A program made the position numbers and the translations under genes. A DNA stretch of 64,000 nucleotides from Candidatus Limnocylindrales bacterium (GTDB lineage Bacteria; Chloroflexota; Limnocylindria; Limnocylindrales; CSP1-4). The stretch covers positions 50-64,049 of the forward strand of contig JBBQJL010000007.1 of NCBI GenBank assembly GCA_038325875.1, read 5' to 3'. The notes beneath the pieces were generated by a model. It ran no database searches and was not told the origin of the DNA. It saw only the letters and a list, made by a program, of their open reading frames with translations. Shown in pieces: positions 27,208 through 35,718 of the stretch. Position 1 is the stretch's first letter, and every line of letters starts with the position of its first letter.

Positions 27208-27278
27208 TTGCCCCTCGAGGATTCGAACCTCGGTTCGCGGATTCAAAGTCCGCTGTCCTACCACTGGACGAAGGGGCA
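27208..27278 (-). tRNA. tRNA-Gln(UUG)
   Basis: 71 nt, with a U1-A72 pair, anticodon arm gcgga-CUUUGAA-tccgc and T-loop TTCGAAT. CCA is not encoded. Confidence 0.85.
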
Positions 27279-27333
27279 GCGGACGAGTCGCCGGCGGTCG
27301 TCGGCCGGCCCGACCGGGCGCCGAACCAGATCT

Positions 27334-27409
27334 TGGAGCGGGAGACGGGGTTCGAACCCGCGACCTCAACCTTGGCAAGGTTGCGCTCTGCCAACTGAGC
27401 TACTCCCGC
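27334..27409 (-). tRNA. tRNA-Gly(GCC)
   Basis: gcgggag acceptor, anticodon loop UUGCCAA, encoded CCA. Confidence 0.9.
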
Positions 27410-27426
27410 CGGATGCACCACCGATG

Positions 27427-27502
27427 TGGTGCCGAGAGCCAGATTCGAACTGGCGACACCGCGATTTTCAGTCGCGTGCTCTACCAACTGAGCTATCTCG
27501 GC
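27427..27502 (-). tRNA. tRNA-Phe(GAA)
   Basis: gccgaga acceptor, GCTCAGTTGGTAGAGC D-arm, anticodon loop CUGAAAA, encoded CCA. Confidence 0.92.
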
Positions 27503-27542
27503 CCGAAGGCCTGACCAGGCTGGCCGCCCGTCGGCGTGGCGG

Positions 27543-27572
27543 AGGATACCACGGGCCTCGAACGGCCTTCAA
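27543..27572 (-). promoter_or_regulatory. Candidate promoter for the Phe-Gly-Gln-Cys tRNA cluster
   Basis: The minus strand reads TTGAAG-18 nt-TATCCT about 40 nt upstream of tRNA-Phe. It overlaps an 8-bp hairpin (GGGCCTCG/CGAGGCCC) that could terminate htpX. Confidence 0.35.
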
Positions 27573-27604
27573 CCGAGGCCCGGCGCGAGCCCGGTCCGGT
27601 CGCC

Positions 27605-28594
27605 TCAGCGCGGGGCTGCGAGTTCTTCCGCGGCGGAGCTGACCGCCGGCAGGCCTCGCAGCGAACGCAGCCGGTTGATCCGGTCGAGCAGCGGTGGGTG
27701 GGTCGAGAACCAGGCGCTCGGCTCCCCACTGGTGGCGCTGTCGTCGTGAGCCTTCATGATCGGGTTGGTGAAGTACAGATGCTGGGTCGCCCGGTTCGCC
27801 ACCTCGAGCACCTCGACATCGCCGGAGATCGTGGCCAGAGCGCGCTCAAGGCCGACCGGATTGCGGGTCAGCTCGACCGCCGAGGCGTCGGCCAAGTACT
27901 CACGCTGGCGGCTGACCGCCAGCTGGACCAGGCGGGCGAAGATCGGCGCGAGGATCGCCAGGACGATGGCCACCGCGTAGATCACGACCTGAAGTCCTCC
28001 CCCACCCTTGTCGTCGCTGCTGGACCGACCGCGACCGCCCCAGAACGTGAAGCGCAGGAAGAAGTCGGCCAGCAGGGCGATGCTGCCGACCATCACCCCG
28101 ACCAGCAGTGTGAACCGGATGTCGAAGTTGCGGACGTGCGACAGCTCGTGGGCGATGACCCCCTGGACCTCCTCGCGATCCATCCGGGTGAGCAGACCGG
28201 TGGTGATGGCGATCGAGGAGTGGTCCGGATCCCGGCCGGTCGCGAAGGCGTTCATCGAGGTGTCGTCGATGACGTACACCTTGGGTGGCGGGATGGCTGC
28301 CGCGATGGTCAGCTCGCGGATGACGTTGAACAGCTGGGGTGCCTCGGCCTCGTTGATCTCACGCGCGCCCGACGCGGCCAGGACGATCGCGTCGCCCTTG
28401 TAGTACGACACGACGGAGGCGAGCAAGCCCAGGACGACGGCCCCGACCGTCGTGCTGACCGCGCCGGCCGACGAGCCGGTCAGCGCATAGCCGATCGTCA
28501 TCCCGAGCAAGCCCAGGATCGCGACGATCGCAAGCCCGAGCAGGAACGAGTTCCGCTTGTTGGCGGAGATCTGGCTGTAGAAAGTCGATGCCAC
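27605..28594 (-). CDS. htpX: Zinc metalloprotease HtpX (M48 family)
   Basis: HELSHVRNFD (HExxH) motif, four TM helices, and a conserved STHPPLLDRI C-terminus. The GTG start has a GGAGG SD. Confidence 0.92.
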   Translation of the reverse strand: MASTFYSQISANKRNSFLLGLAIVAILGLLGMTIGYALTGSSAGAVSTTVGAVVLGLLASVVSYYKGDAIVLAASGAREINEAEAPQLFNVIRELTIAAAIPPPKVYVIDDTSMNAFATGRDPDHSSIAITTGLLTRMDREEVQGVIAHELSHVRNFDIRFTLLVGVMVGSIALLADFFLRFTFWGGRGRSSSDDKGGGGLQVVIYAVAIVLAILAPIFARLVQLAVSRQREYLADASAVELTRNPVGLERALATISGDVEVLEVANRATQHLYFTNPIMKAHDDSATSGEPSAWFSTHPPLLDRINRLRSLRGLPAVSSAAEELAAPR

Positions 28595-28628
28595 GGATCC
28601 TCCGGCCGACGTCGACCGGGCGAGCGGT

Positions 28629-29192
28629 CTAGCGGAGTTGGACGTTCGGGACCTGGTCCGCCTCGGGCTCGGCGTCGAAGAAGTCGCGCTTGACGAAGCC
28701 CATCATCCCGGCGATGAGCATGGCCGGGAAGGTCTGGATCGCCGTGTTGTAGTCGAGCACGGTCGCGTTGTAGTGCTGCCGTGAGAACCCGATCTGGTTC
28801 TCGGTGGTGGTCAGCTGCTCCTGGAGCGACAGGACGTTCTCGTTCGCCTTGAGCGTCGGGTAGTTCTCGACGACCGCGAACAGCGAGCGCAGGGCGCCGG
28901 TCAGGACGTTCTCGGCTTGGGCCTGCTCAGCGGTCCCTTTGGCACCGGCGGCGATGGCTCCGGCGCGGGCCTCGGTGACCTTGGTCAGGACGTCCTGCTC
29001 GAAGTCCATGTAGCCCTTGACCGCGTTGACCAGGTTCGGGATGAGGTCGTGGCGGCGCTTGAGCTGGACCTCGATCTGGGCGAGGGCCTCGTCGACCCGG
29101 AGCCGCTTCTGGACCAGCCCGTTGTACAGGACGATCAGGAAGCCGACGATCGCGACGACGATGATGATCAGGATGATCAGCGGCAGTGTCAT
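28629..29192 (-). CDS. lemA: LemA family protein
   Basis: An N-terminal TM followed by YNGLVQKRLRVDEALAQIEVQLKRRHDLIPNLV...YNTAIQTFP, typical of LemA. Confidence 0.9.
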   Translation of the reverse strand: MTLPLIILIIIVVAIVGFLIVLYNGLVQKRLRVDEALAQIEVQLKRRHDLIPNLVNAVKGYMDFEQDVLTKVTEARAGAIAAGAKGTAEQAQAENVLTGALRSLFAVVENYPTLKANENVLSLQEQLTTTENQIGFSRQHYNATVLDYNTAIQTFPAMLIAGMMGFVKRDFFDAEPEADQVPNVQLR

Positions 29193-29497
29193 GGTCCTCC
29201 TCCGGACGCTCGCTCAGTGGTGCGACTCCATGAGTCTAGCAGTCGCGTCGCGAGCTCCGCGCGATGGGCTCGTCGGCCGGAGGCCGATGGGGCGCCGGGT
29301 CTGGGAGCTGACCGACGCGAACACACCGTGTTCAAACGCGCCGCTGCCACGGTCCTTCGAGCTCGGTCCGCTCGCCCCGTGATCAGATTCGTGGCTCGAG
29401 CTCACGCAATACGCGGCTCGGACCGCCGGGTGTTCACGGGACAGCCCCCCGGATCCTCGATGCGCCCATTCGTCGCTCGTTTGAACTCCCGGGGTGC

Positions 29498-29582
29498 GAT
29501 GGCCAGAGGCGGGTTCGATGGCCAGAGGCGGGTTCGATGGCCCGAGGCGGGTGCGACGGCCAGAGGCGGGTTCGACGGCCCG
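29498..29582. repeat. 19-nt tandem repeat x ~4.4 (gatggccagaggcgggttc)
   Basis: Read directly. The period is not a multiple of 3. Lies in the 417-nt intergenic region between the cupin gene and lemA. Confidence 0.85.
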
Positions 29583-29609
29583 CTCGCCGACCAGCCCACC
29601 CATCCGAGC

Positions 29610-29948
29610 TCACGCCCCGGATGGGCTCTCCCGCGGCAGCAGATAGAGGGCCATCACGAGCGGGGTGCGAGCCACCAGGCTGTGGCGCGCGTCAGGCGGC
29701 ATTCGCAGCCATGTCCCGGGACCAGCGCGGTGCGCGTCACCGGCGACGGTGAGGTCACCCTCGCCTGACAGGACATGGATGATCGCCGGACGGGCCGACG
29801 TGTGCTCGGACAGTTGCTCGCCCGCGGCGAACGCGAACAGGACGAGCTCGATCCCTGCCTCGTTCGAGAGGGTTTGGCTGAGGATCCCTCGTGCCGGGAC
29901 GGGCGCCTCGGCCGCGAGATCCTGGAAGAACGTGTGCGTCTCGGTCAA
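29610..29948 (-). CDS. Cupin domain protein
   Basis: LVLFAFAAGEQLSEHTSARPAIIHVLSGEGDLTVAGD...PPDARHSL is a cupin barrel pattern. The start is uncertain (TTG at 29948 or GTG at 30005). Confidence 0.7.
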   Translation of the reverse strand: MTETHTFFQDLAAEAPVPARGILSQTLSNEAGIELVLFAFAAGEQLSEHTSARPAIIHVLSGEGDLTVAGDAHRAGPGTWLRMPPDARHSLVARTPLVMALYLLPRESPSGA

Positions 29949-29956
29949 CGGTCGTC

Positions 29957-30349
29957 CTAGGCGAAGAGCTCGTCCGCGGCGGCCTGGTCCGTCGCGACGA
30001 TCCACGACTCGGCCAGCTTGCCGTCCCGGAAGTGGACCACGTGGACCTGGGTGTAGGAGATGCTCTTCCCAGCCCGGTTCCCACTGACGTTGATCAACGC
30101 CACGCCGTGGGCGTCGTTGGCCAGGATGTCGTGGATGTCGGACCGGAAGGTGCCGCCAGTCAGCTCGACGGTGCGACCGAACAACCCGAGCACCGCCGGG
30201 ATGCCCGTGTAGTCACCGGTCAGGGCATTGTGTCCGGAGGAATGCCAGACCACGTCGTCGGCAAGGAGTGCCCCGACGGCGGCCATGTCGCCTCGCCCGA
30301 ACGCGGCGTAGCCAGCACGGAACAGCGCGACATTCGGATGCTCGTCCAT
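29957..30349 (-). CDS. SnoaL-like / NTF2-fold (ketosteroid isomerase-like) protein
   Basis: 130 aa; NVALFRAGYAAFGRGDMAAVGALLADDVVWH... is a typical SnoaL_2 N-terminus. ATG at 30349. Confidence 0.75.
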   Translation of the reverse strand: MDEHPNVALFRAGYAAFGRGDMAAVGALLADDVVWHSSGHNALTGDYTGIPAVLGLFGRTVELTGGTFRSDIHDILANDAHGVALINVSGNRAGKSISYTQVHVVHFRDGKLAESWIVATDQAAADELFA

Positions 30350-30434
30350 CGGACACCTCGGATCGGTGTGTCGCGGTCGAGCTCTTCTCGGCCCACCGCC
30401 ACGGTACACCCGCTTCGGGCGGTCGGGGGCTCGG

Positions 30435-31079
30435 TCACGTCGGCGGCCCGAGCTCGTCCTCGGACAGGTCGTCGTCGGTGACGACCCGGACGACGTCGGC
30501 CAGCAGGCGGTTGACGATGATCGTTCCGGTCGCCTGCTCCGTTCCGTGCCCGCTCGACCAGTATTCGATCCAGGCATCGGTCAGCGGGACCATCGCCGGG
30601 CGAGTGTCGAGATCCTCGAGCGGGGCCACCCCCGGAGTGGCATGGAGATGCCCACCGATCCGGTAGTTACCGGACTGCAGGGCGACCGCGTGGGTCCGGG
30701 TCCGCCGGCGCAGCGCCTCGACCCCACGGGGCCAGCTGGCGTGGACCGCGATGAGCTCCTTGACGCGGATCAGCATCTCGTCGACGGACCGGGTCGCACG
30801 GTCTTCGAGGTTCTCCAGCTGGGCGTCCGTGAGATGCAGCTCCTCGTGCGCGTTCAGGAGGTCGGTCAGGCGATCCTCGCGGAGGCGGACCCAGCCGAAC
30901 ACGCGCTCCTGCCGGGTGTAGGCCACGAAGCGGACGAGCGGCGCGTCGGCCACGGCGTCGGGCTCGAAGACCTCCTCGTACGTCGGCTGGAGGATGAGGT
31001 GCATCCGGTCGGGCGGCGCGGCGGGCGGCGCGGCGGGCGGCGCGGCGGGCGGCGCATCGAGAGGTGCATCGGGAGCCAT
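30435..31079 (-). CDS. Hypothetical protein with N-terminal (PPAA)n repeat
   Basis: High GC3 and no family recognised. A 12-nt in-frame tandem repeat lies at 31010-31055. ATG at 31004 is an alternative start. Confidence 0.6.
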   Translation of the reverse strand: MAPDAPLDAPPAAPPAAPPAAPPDRMHLILQPTYEEVFEPDAVADAPLVRFVAYTRQERVFGWVRLREDRLTDLLNAHEELHLTDAQLENLEDRATRSVDEMLIRVKELIAVHASWPRGVEALRRRTRTHAVALQSGNYRIGGHLHATPGVAPLEDLDTRPAMVPLTDAWIEYWSSGHGTEQATGTIIVNRLLADVVRVVTDDDLSEDELGPPT

Positions 31080-31192
31080 CGCCTACCACGGTAGGGCCCG
31101 GCACGACCTGCGCAAGTCGCCCGAACGTACCAGTGTCCGATGCTGAGGCGGCGCGCCTCGCGCGAGCCGTCCACGACGTACGATGAACGGCG

Positions 31193-32980
31193 ATGCGACC
31201 TCTGCGACCGCCGCTCGACGCGGCCATGGCCGGCCGACCGGCCCCGATCCACCGCTATGGATCGGCACTCCTGAGCAGCCGCCTCCTGACCAAGGATCTC
31301 GCCTTCCCGCTCAACGAGCGTGAGGCGTTCCACCTGCAGGGCCTGCTCCCGGCCCGGGTCCTGACCATCGAGCAGCAAGTCGAGCTCGAGGTGGAGCACC
31401 TCCGCCGGAAAGTCGACGACCTCGAGCAATACATCGGCCTCGCGGCGCTCCAGGACCGCAACGCGACCCTGTTCTACCGCGTCCTGGCCGAGCACCTCGA
31501 GGAGTTCCTCCCGATCGTCTACACGCCGACCGTCGGTCGGGCGTGCCAGGAGTTCAGCCACATCATCCGGCGGACTCGCGGGACCTGGATCACCCCCGAC
31601 GATCGTGATCGGATCCCCGAGCTCCTGCGCAACGGGCCGTTCGAGGACGTCCGGCTCATCGTAGTCACCGACAACGAGCGGATCCTAGGCCTCGGCGACC
31701 TCGGCGCCGGCGGGATGGCGATCCCGGTCGGCAAGCTCGCCCTGTACACCGCGGGGTCGGGCATCCACCCGTCGCTGACCCTGCCCGTATCACTCGACGT
31801 GGGGACCGACAACGCGGCGCTGCTGGCCGATCCGCTCTACCTCGGCTATCGCGCGCCGCGGCTCCGAGGTGACGCCTACGACTCGCTCGTCGAGGCGTTC
31901 GTCCTGGCGGTGGAGGAGGTTTGGCCGGGCTGCGTCATCCAGTGGGAGGATCTCAAGCAGCACAACGCTCTGCGGATCCTCGACCGCTATCGCGATCGCG
32001 TGTGCACCTTCAACGACGACATCCAGGGCACCTCGGCCGTGGTCGTGGCCGGCGTCGAGGCCGCTCTGGGCGGCCCCGCTGGACTGCGCGCGGCGCGCTT
32101 CGTGCTGGCCGGCGCGGGCGCCGCGGGGATCGGGATCGCTCGCCTCCTCAGGCTCGCCATCGGCGAGGCCGGAGGCACTCCCGACCACATCTCCAGGGCT
32201 ATCGTCCTGGTCGACTCGCATGGCCTCGTCCACGCCGGCCGACCCGACCTCGACCCGGCCAAGCGGGAGTTCGCCCTGCCCGTCGACCTGGCCATCGCGG
32301 CCGGGTTCCGACTCGAGGCCGGGTTCCGACTCGAGGCCGATGCCCGACTCGCGGCCGGGTTCCGACCCGCGGCCGAGTCCCCGCCGGACCTCCTCGCGAC
32401 CGTCGAGCAGATCCGCCCGACCGTCCTCGTTGGGACCACCGGCACGCCCGGGACCTTCACCGAGGTGGTCATCCGGACGATGGCCGCCGGCTGCGAGCGA
32501 CCGGTCATCCTGCCGCTCTCGAACCCGACGACGAATACCGAGGCGACCCCGGCCGACATCCTGGCCTGGACGGGCGGGCGGGCGATCGTCGCGACGGGCA
32601 GCCCCTTCGCGCCCGTGGAGGTCGACGGGGTTCCACGGCCCATCGGCCAGGCCAACAACGTGTTCATCTTCCCCGGCCTCGGTCTTGGAGCCATCGTCGC
32701 CGAGGCTCGGACGGTCACCGATCGAATGGTCCTAGCCGCAGCGAAGGTCCTGGCGGCGGCCGTGACGCCCGAGCGCCGGGCCAGTGGCGCGATCTTCCCG
32801 CCCGTCGACGAGCTCCGAGCGGTCTCGCGCGCCGTCGCGATCGCCGTCGTCCGTGAGGCCATCGGCGCAGGAGTGGCGCGGATCCCGGCCGGGACCGACG
32901 TGGAGGCTGAGGTCGACGGGGCGATGTGGTGGCCGGATTACGTCCCGTACGTAGTCGCCGCACCTGGTCTCGAGGCCTGA
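31193..32980 (+). CDS. NAD(P)-dependent malic enzyme (oxaloacetate-decarboxylating malate dehydrogenase)
   Basis: LLPARVLTIEQQ..., VYTPTVG, VVTDNERILGLGDLG, FNDDIQGTSAVV and GAGAAGIGIA are the malic enzyme N-terminal and NAD-binding blocks. ATG at 31226 is an alternative start. Confidence 0.92.
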   Translation: MRPLRPPLDAAMAGRPAPIHRYGSALLSSRLLTKDLAFPLNEREAFHLQGLLPARVLTIEQQVELEVEHLRRKVDDLEQYIGLAALQDRNATLFYRVLAEHLEEFLPIVYTPTVGRACQEFSHIIRRTRGTWITPDDRDRIPELLRNGPFEDVRLIVVTDNERILGLGDLGAGGMAIPVGKLALYTAGSGIHPSLTLPVSLDVGTDNAALLADPLYLGYRAPRLRGDAYDSLVEAFVLAVEEVWPGCVIQWEDLKQHNALRILDRYRDRVCTFNDDIQGTSAVVVAGVEAALGGPAGLRAARFVLAGAGAAGIGIARLLRLAIGEAGGTPDHISRAIVLVDSHGLVHAGRPDLDPAKREFALPVDLAIAAGFRLEAGFRLEADARLAAGFRPAAESPPDLLATVEQIRPTVLVGTTGTPGTFTEVVIRTMAAGCERPVILPLSNPTTNTEATPADILAWTGGRAIVATGSPFAPVEVDGVPRPIGQANNVFIFPGLGLGAIVAEARTVTDRMVLAAAKVLAAAVTPERRASGAIFPPVDELRAVSRAVAIAVVREAIGAGVARIPAGTDVEAEVDGAMWWPDYVPYVVAAPGLEA

Positions 32981-32996
32981 CCGACCCTCGGTTCAG

Positions 32997-33024
32997 CCTT
33001 CGCCCGGAGATCTTCGGGCGAAGG
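32997..33024 (+). terminator. Hairpin downstream of the malic enzyme gene
   Basis: A perfect 10-bp stem CCTTCGCCCG/CGGGCGAAGG with an 8-nt loop, 17 nt after the stop. No clear U-tract. Confidence 0.45.
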
Positions 33025-33085
33025 TGCTCGAATGGTGGCCCTCGCGGGAATCCCCGTCCGGACGAGGACATCGACGCTCAGATCG

Positions 33086-33162
33086 TGGTGGGCGGTGAGG
33101 GACTCGAACCCCCGACATCCTCGGTGTAAGCGAGGCGCTCTGACCGACTGAGCTAACCGCCC
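33086..33162 (-). tRNA. tRNA-Val(UAC)
   Basis: gggcggt acceptor, anticodon arm cctcg-CUUACAC-cgagg, encoded CCA. Confidence 0.9.
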
Positions 33163-33244
33163 GGGCGCGAGCAGGATACCGCCCGCGGTCCATCTGAATC
33201 GGAACGGCGGTCCAGGTGGACCGCCGTCGGGATCAGTGCGGGAG

Positions 33245-33329
33245 TGGTGCCCAGGCCGGGACTTGAACCCGGATGAGTTGCCTCATACGCCCCTCAAACG
33301 TACGCGTATACCAATTCCGCCACCTGGGC
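33245..33329 (-). tRNA. tRNA-Leu(GAG)
   Basis: gcccagg acceptor, anticodon loop UUGAGGG, long variable arm, encoded CCA. Confidence 0.88.
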
Positions 33330-33361
33330 ATCGCACGCTGTTCTGAGGCTCGGTCGAGGGG

Positions 33362-33448
33362 TGGTACCGAGGAAGGGATTTGAACCCATACGCCCTTGCG
33401 GACACTAGCTCCTGAAGCTAGCGCGTCTACCGATTCCGCCACCTCGGC
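33362..33448 (-). tRNA. tRNA-Leu(CAG)
   Basis: gccgagg acceptor, anticodon arm ctagc-UUCAGGA-gctag, long variable arm, encoded CCA. Confidence 0.88.
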
Positions 33449-33476
33449 GAGAGTCCCAGGCGACGGATGAGCGTGC

Positions 33477-35414
33477 TCAGCCGCCGCCAGCGAGGCGCCA
33501 TGATAGCACGTCCCAGAATCGGTCACTGGGATCGCCGAGCTCCCGAACGAGCGGTCCCTGGACCCGATCCGAGAGGACCACCAGCTCGTCGCGGAAGGCC
33601 AGCGGCAGGATGTAATCCTTGGCCACGAGCCGCGCCTGGAGCGTGGCGTAGGCCGCCTTCCGGGCCGCGTCGGTGCCCGGAGCGCGGGCGCGGATGAGGT
33701 CGCGATCGAGCCCGACGTCCTGGATCCCCGTGACGTTCGAGCCGCCCTTGCCGACCTGGGTCGAGCCCAGCAGCGGGTACAGGTCGGGGTCGAGCCCGAT
33801 ATTGACGTCGATCGCCGCCGACTGGAACTTGCCCGCCCGGAGACGCTCCTGGACGAACTCCATCGGGGGTAGCCCGGTGACCGTCGTCTGGAGTCCGAAC
33901 CTGCGCCAGCCGGCGGCCACCGCCTCGGCCGCCGCCATCGCCGTCGGGTTGGTCTCCCGGTCGGGCGAGATGAGCTCCATCTGGTACGGCTTCTTCGAGC
34001 CCGGGGGAGCCCAGCCGCCGACGAGACGCTTCCAGCCGGCCGCCTTGAAGTCCGCCGTCGCCCGCTTCAGATCGAACCGGACCGGACGACTCGTCTTGGC
34101 GCTGAACGCCCACGACGTCGGCGGGATGAGCGAGTCCGCCCGGGTCGCGGCACCACCGAACACGTCGTCGATGAGCTTGGTTCGATCGATCGCCGCGAGC
34201 AGGCCATGACGCATGAGCGGCGACCGAAGCTCGCCGTTCCCGGGACGCAGGTTCAGGGCGATCGCGGTGAGGGTCGTCCGGGGATAGCTCAGGAGACGGT
34301 TGCCCGGCAGCGCGGCCAGCTGGGCGGCGACGTCCGGCGGCAGCCCGGAAGCGGCGTCGAGGCCCCCCGCTCGATAGGCATCGGCCAACGCTGTCGCGTC
34401 CGGGAAGAACGACATCTCGATGCCCGGCAGCAGCGGGTCGGGGTGGGTTGTCGGGGCCGGAGTCGGCGTCGGCGCGGCGCTCGGCTCGACCGACGACGTC
34501 GGCGATGGTTTCGCCGACCCGCCCGGCTTCGCCGAGCCGGCTGGCTTCGCCGACCCGCCTGGCTTAGCCGACGCCTTGGCCGAGGTCGCCTGCGTGGGTG
34601 TCGGGCTCGGCGTCGGGCTCGGGGCTGCCGTCGGCGTCGGGACCGGCGTCAGACTCGGCTCGGACGGCGTCCCGGGCGGGCTGCTCGGGTCGACCGCCGG
34701 GATGTCGGCGGCGCTGGCCGGCACGAGGCTGGCGGACTCGGTATTCCACGACACAAGGACGAACGGACCCGAACCAACCGGCTGGACGCTGAACGGATCG
34801 TCGGCCAGGGTCTCGATCGGCGCCTGGTCCAGGAGGTGAGCCGGCAGCAGCCCGACCGTGGCCGCCTGGAGGAAGCCACTGATCGGCGTCGTCAGCTCGA
34901 GGGTCACCGTCTTGTCGTCGACCGCGGTCGCGGTCACGTCGCGCCACGACGCGCCGAGCGGGCCGGTGTAGGCGTCGCTCTGGAGCACCCCGACGGTGAA
35001 CGCCACGTCGGCCGCGGTGACCGGCACTCCGTCGTGCCAGCGGGCTTCGTCACGGATGGTGAAGGTCCAGGTCTTGCCCTTGTCGTCGACGGTCCAGCCG
35101 GATGCGAGGTCGGGCCGGTAGGTGCCGTCCGGGCCGAGCGCGACGAGACCGCTGAAGATGAGCGCGGCGAGATCCCGATCCGCCTGCGTCCGGGCGGTCA
35201 GCGGGTTGATCGAGCTCGGTCGCCCGATCGTCCCCTCGCGGTAGACGATGCCGGTTCCCGGCAGCGAGTCGGGCGACGGCGGCGCGGCGCTCGGATCCGA
35301 CGTCGCTGGAGTCTGGGCCACGCCACTCGACGAGCCGGGCAGCGCGACCGCGATCGACAGGGCGATGAGCAGGACGCCCAGGACAGCGACGATCCCGCGG
35401 TCGCGATTGGTCAA
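33477..35414 (-). CDS. ABC transporter substrate-binding protein, family 5 (peptide/nickel type), TM-anchored, with Pro/Thr/Ala/Lys-rich insertion
   Basis: SBP_bac_5-like blocks (LVALGPDGTYRPDLASGWTVDDKGKTWTFTIRDEARWHDG, VGSGPFVLVSW). The TTG start has a GGAGG SD. No permease or ATPase genes are adjacent. Confidence 0.8.
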   Translation of the reverse strand: MTNRDRGIVAVLGVLLIALSIAVALPGSSSGVAQTPATSDPSAAPPSPDSLPGTGIVYREGTIGRPSSINPLTARTQADRDLAALIFSGLVALGPDGTYRPDLASGWTVDDKGKTWTFTIRDEARWHDGVPVTAADVAFTVGVLQSDAYTGPLGASWRDVTATAVDDKTVTLELTTPISGFLQAATVGLLPAHLLDQAPIETLADDPFSVQPVGSGPFVLVSWNTESASLVPASAADIPAVDPSSPPGTPSEPSLTPVPTPTAAPSPTPSPTPTQATSAKASAKPGGSAKPAGSAKPGGSAKPSPTSSVEPSAAPTPTPAPTTHPDPLLPGIEMSFFPDATALADAYRAGGLDAASGLPPDVAAQLAALPGNRLLSYPRTTLTAIALNLRPGNGELRSPLMRHGLLAAIDRTKLIDDVFGGAATRADSLIPPTSWAFSAKTSRPVRFDLKRATADFKAAGWKRLVGGWAPPGSKKPYQMELISPDRETNPTAMAAAEAVAAGWRRFGLQTTVTGLPPMEFVQERLRAGKFQSAAIDVNIGLDPDLYPLLGSTQVGKGGSNVTGIQDVGLDRDLIRARAPGTDAARKAAYATLQARLVAKDYILPLAFRDELVVLSDRVQGPLVRELGDPSDRFWDVLSWRLAGGG

Positions 35415-35484
35415 TGTGTTGGCCTCCGACGGGCGCTCACGCCGCGTCGCCTGACGATACGCCCATCAGCGGGCGAGGGGGACG

Positions 35485-35718
35485 TCAGGCGGATGTGGTC
35501 GTGTACAGCGCGTATGAGGCCAGCGAGAACATGACGAACATGATCATCAGGATGATGGTGAACTGCCACAGCCGTCGCTCGACGCCGCGTCGACTCCGGT
35601 ACACGGCATTGTCGCCGCCGAAGGCGCCGGACAGGCCGGTACCACGAGCCTGGAGCAGGATCGAGACCATCAGGGCGATGCCGATGATGATCTGACCGAT
35701 GGCGAAGAGCGGGTTCAC
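35485..35718 (-). CDS. secG: Preprotein translocase subunit SecG
   Basis: 77 aa; IIIGIALMVSILLQARGTGLSGAFGG is the SecG signature. The GTG start overlaps the gpmI stop (GTGA). Confidence 0.88.
   Translation of the reverse strand: MNPLFAIGQIIIGIALMVSILLQARGTGLSGAFGGDNAVYRSRRGVERRLWQFTIILMIMFVMFSLASYALYTTTSA

Noticed and set aside
29214-29603. 129-aa ORF spanning the lemA-cupin intergenic region.
   Set aside because: Its repeats (PSNPPLAIEPASGH) merely translate the 19-nt tandem DNA repeat in shifting frames. It has no start context and no motifs.
33233-33526. 97-aa ORF on the minus strand. The same applies to ORFs 27022..27514 and 26883..27104.
   Set aside because: They run straight through well-formed tRNA genes (Leu-GAG/Leu-CAG; Cys/Gln/Gly/Phe) and so are translation artefacts.
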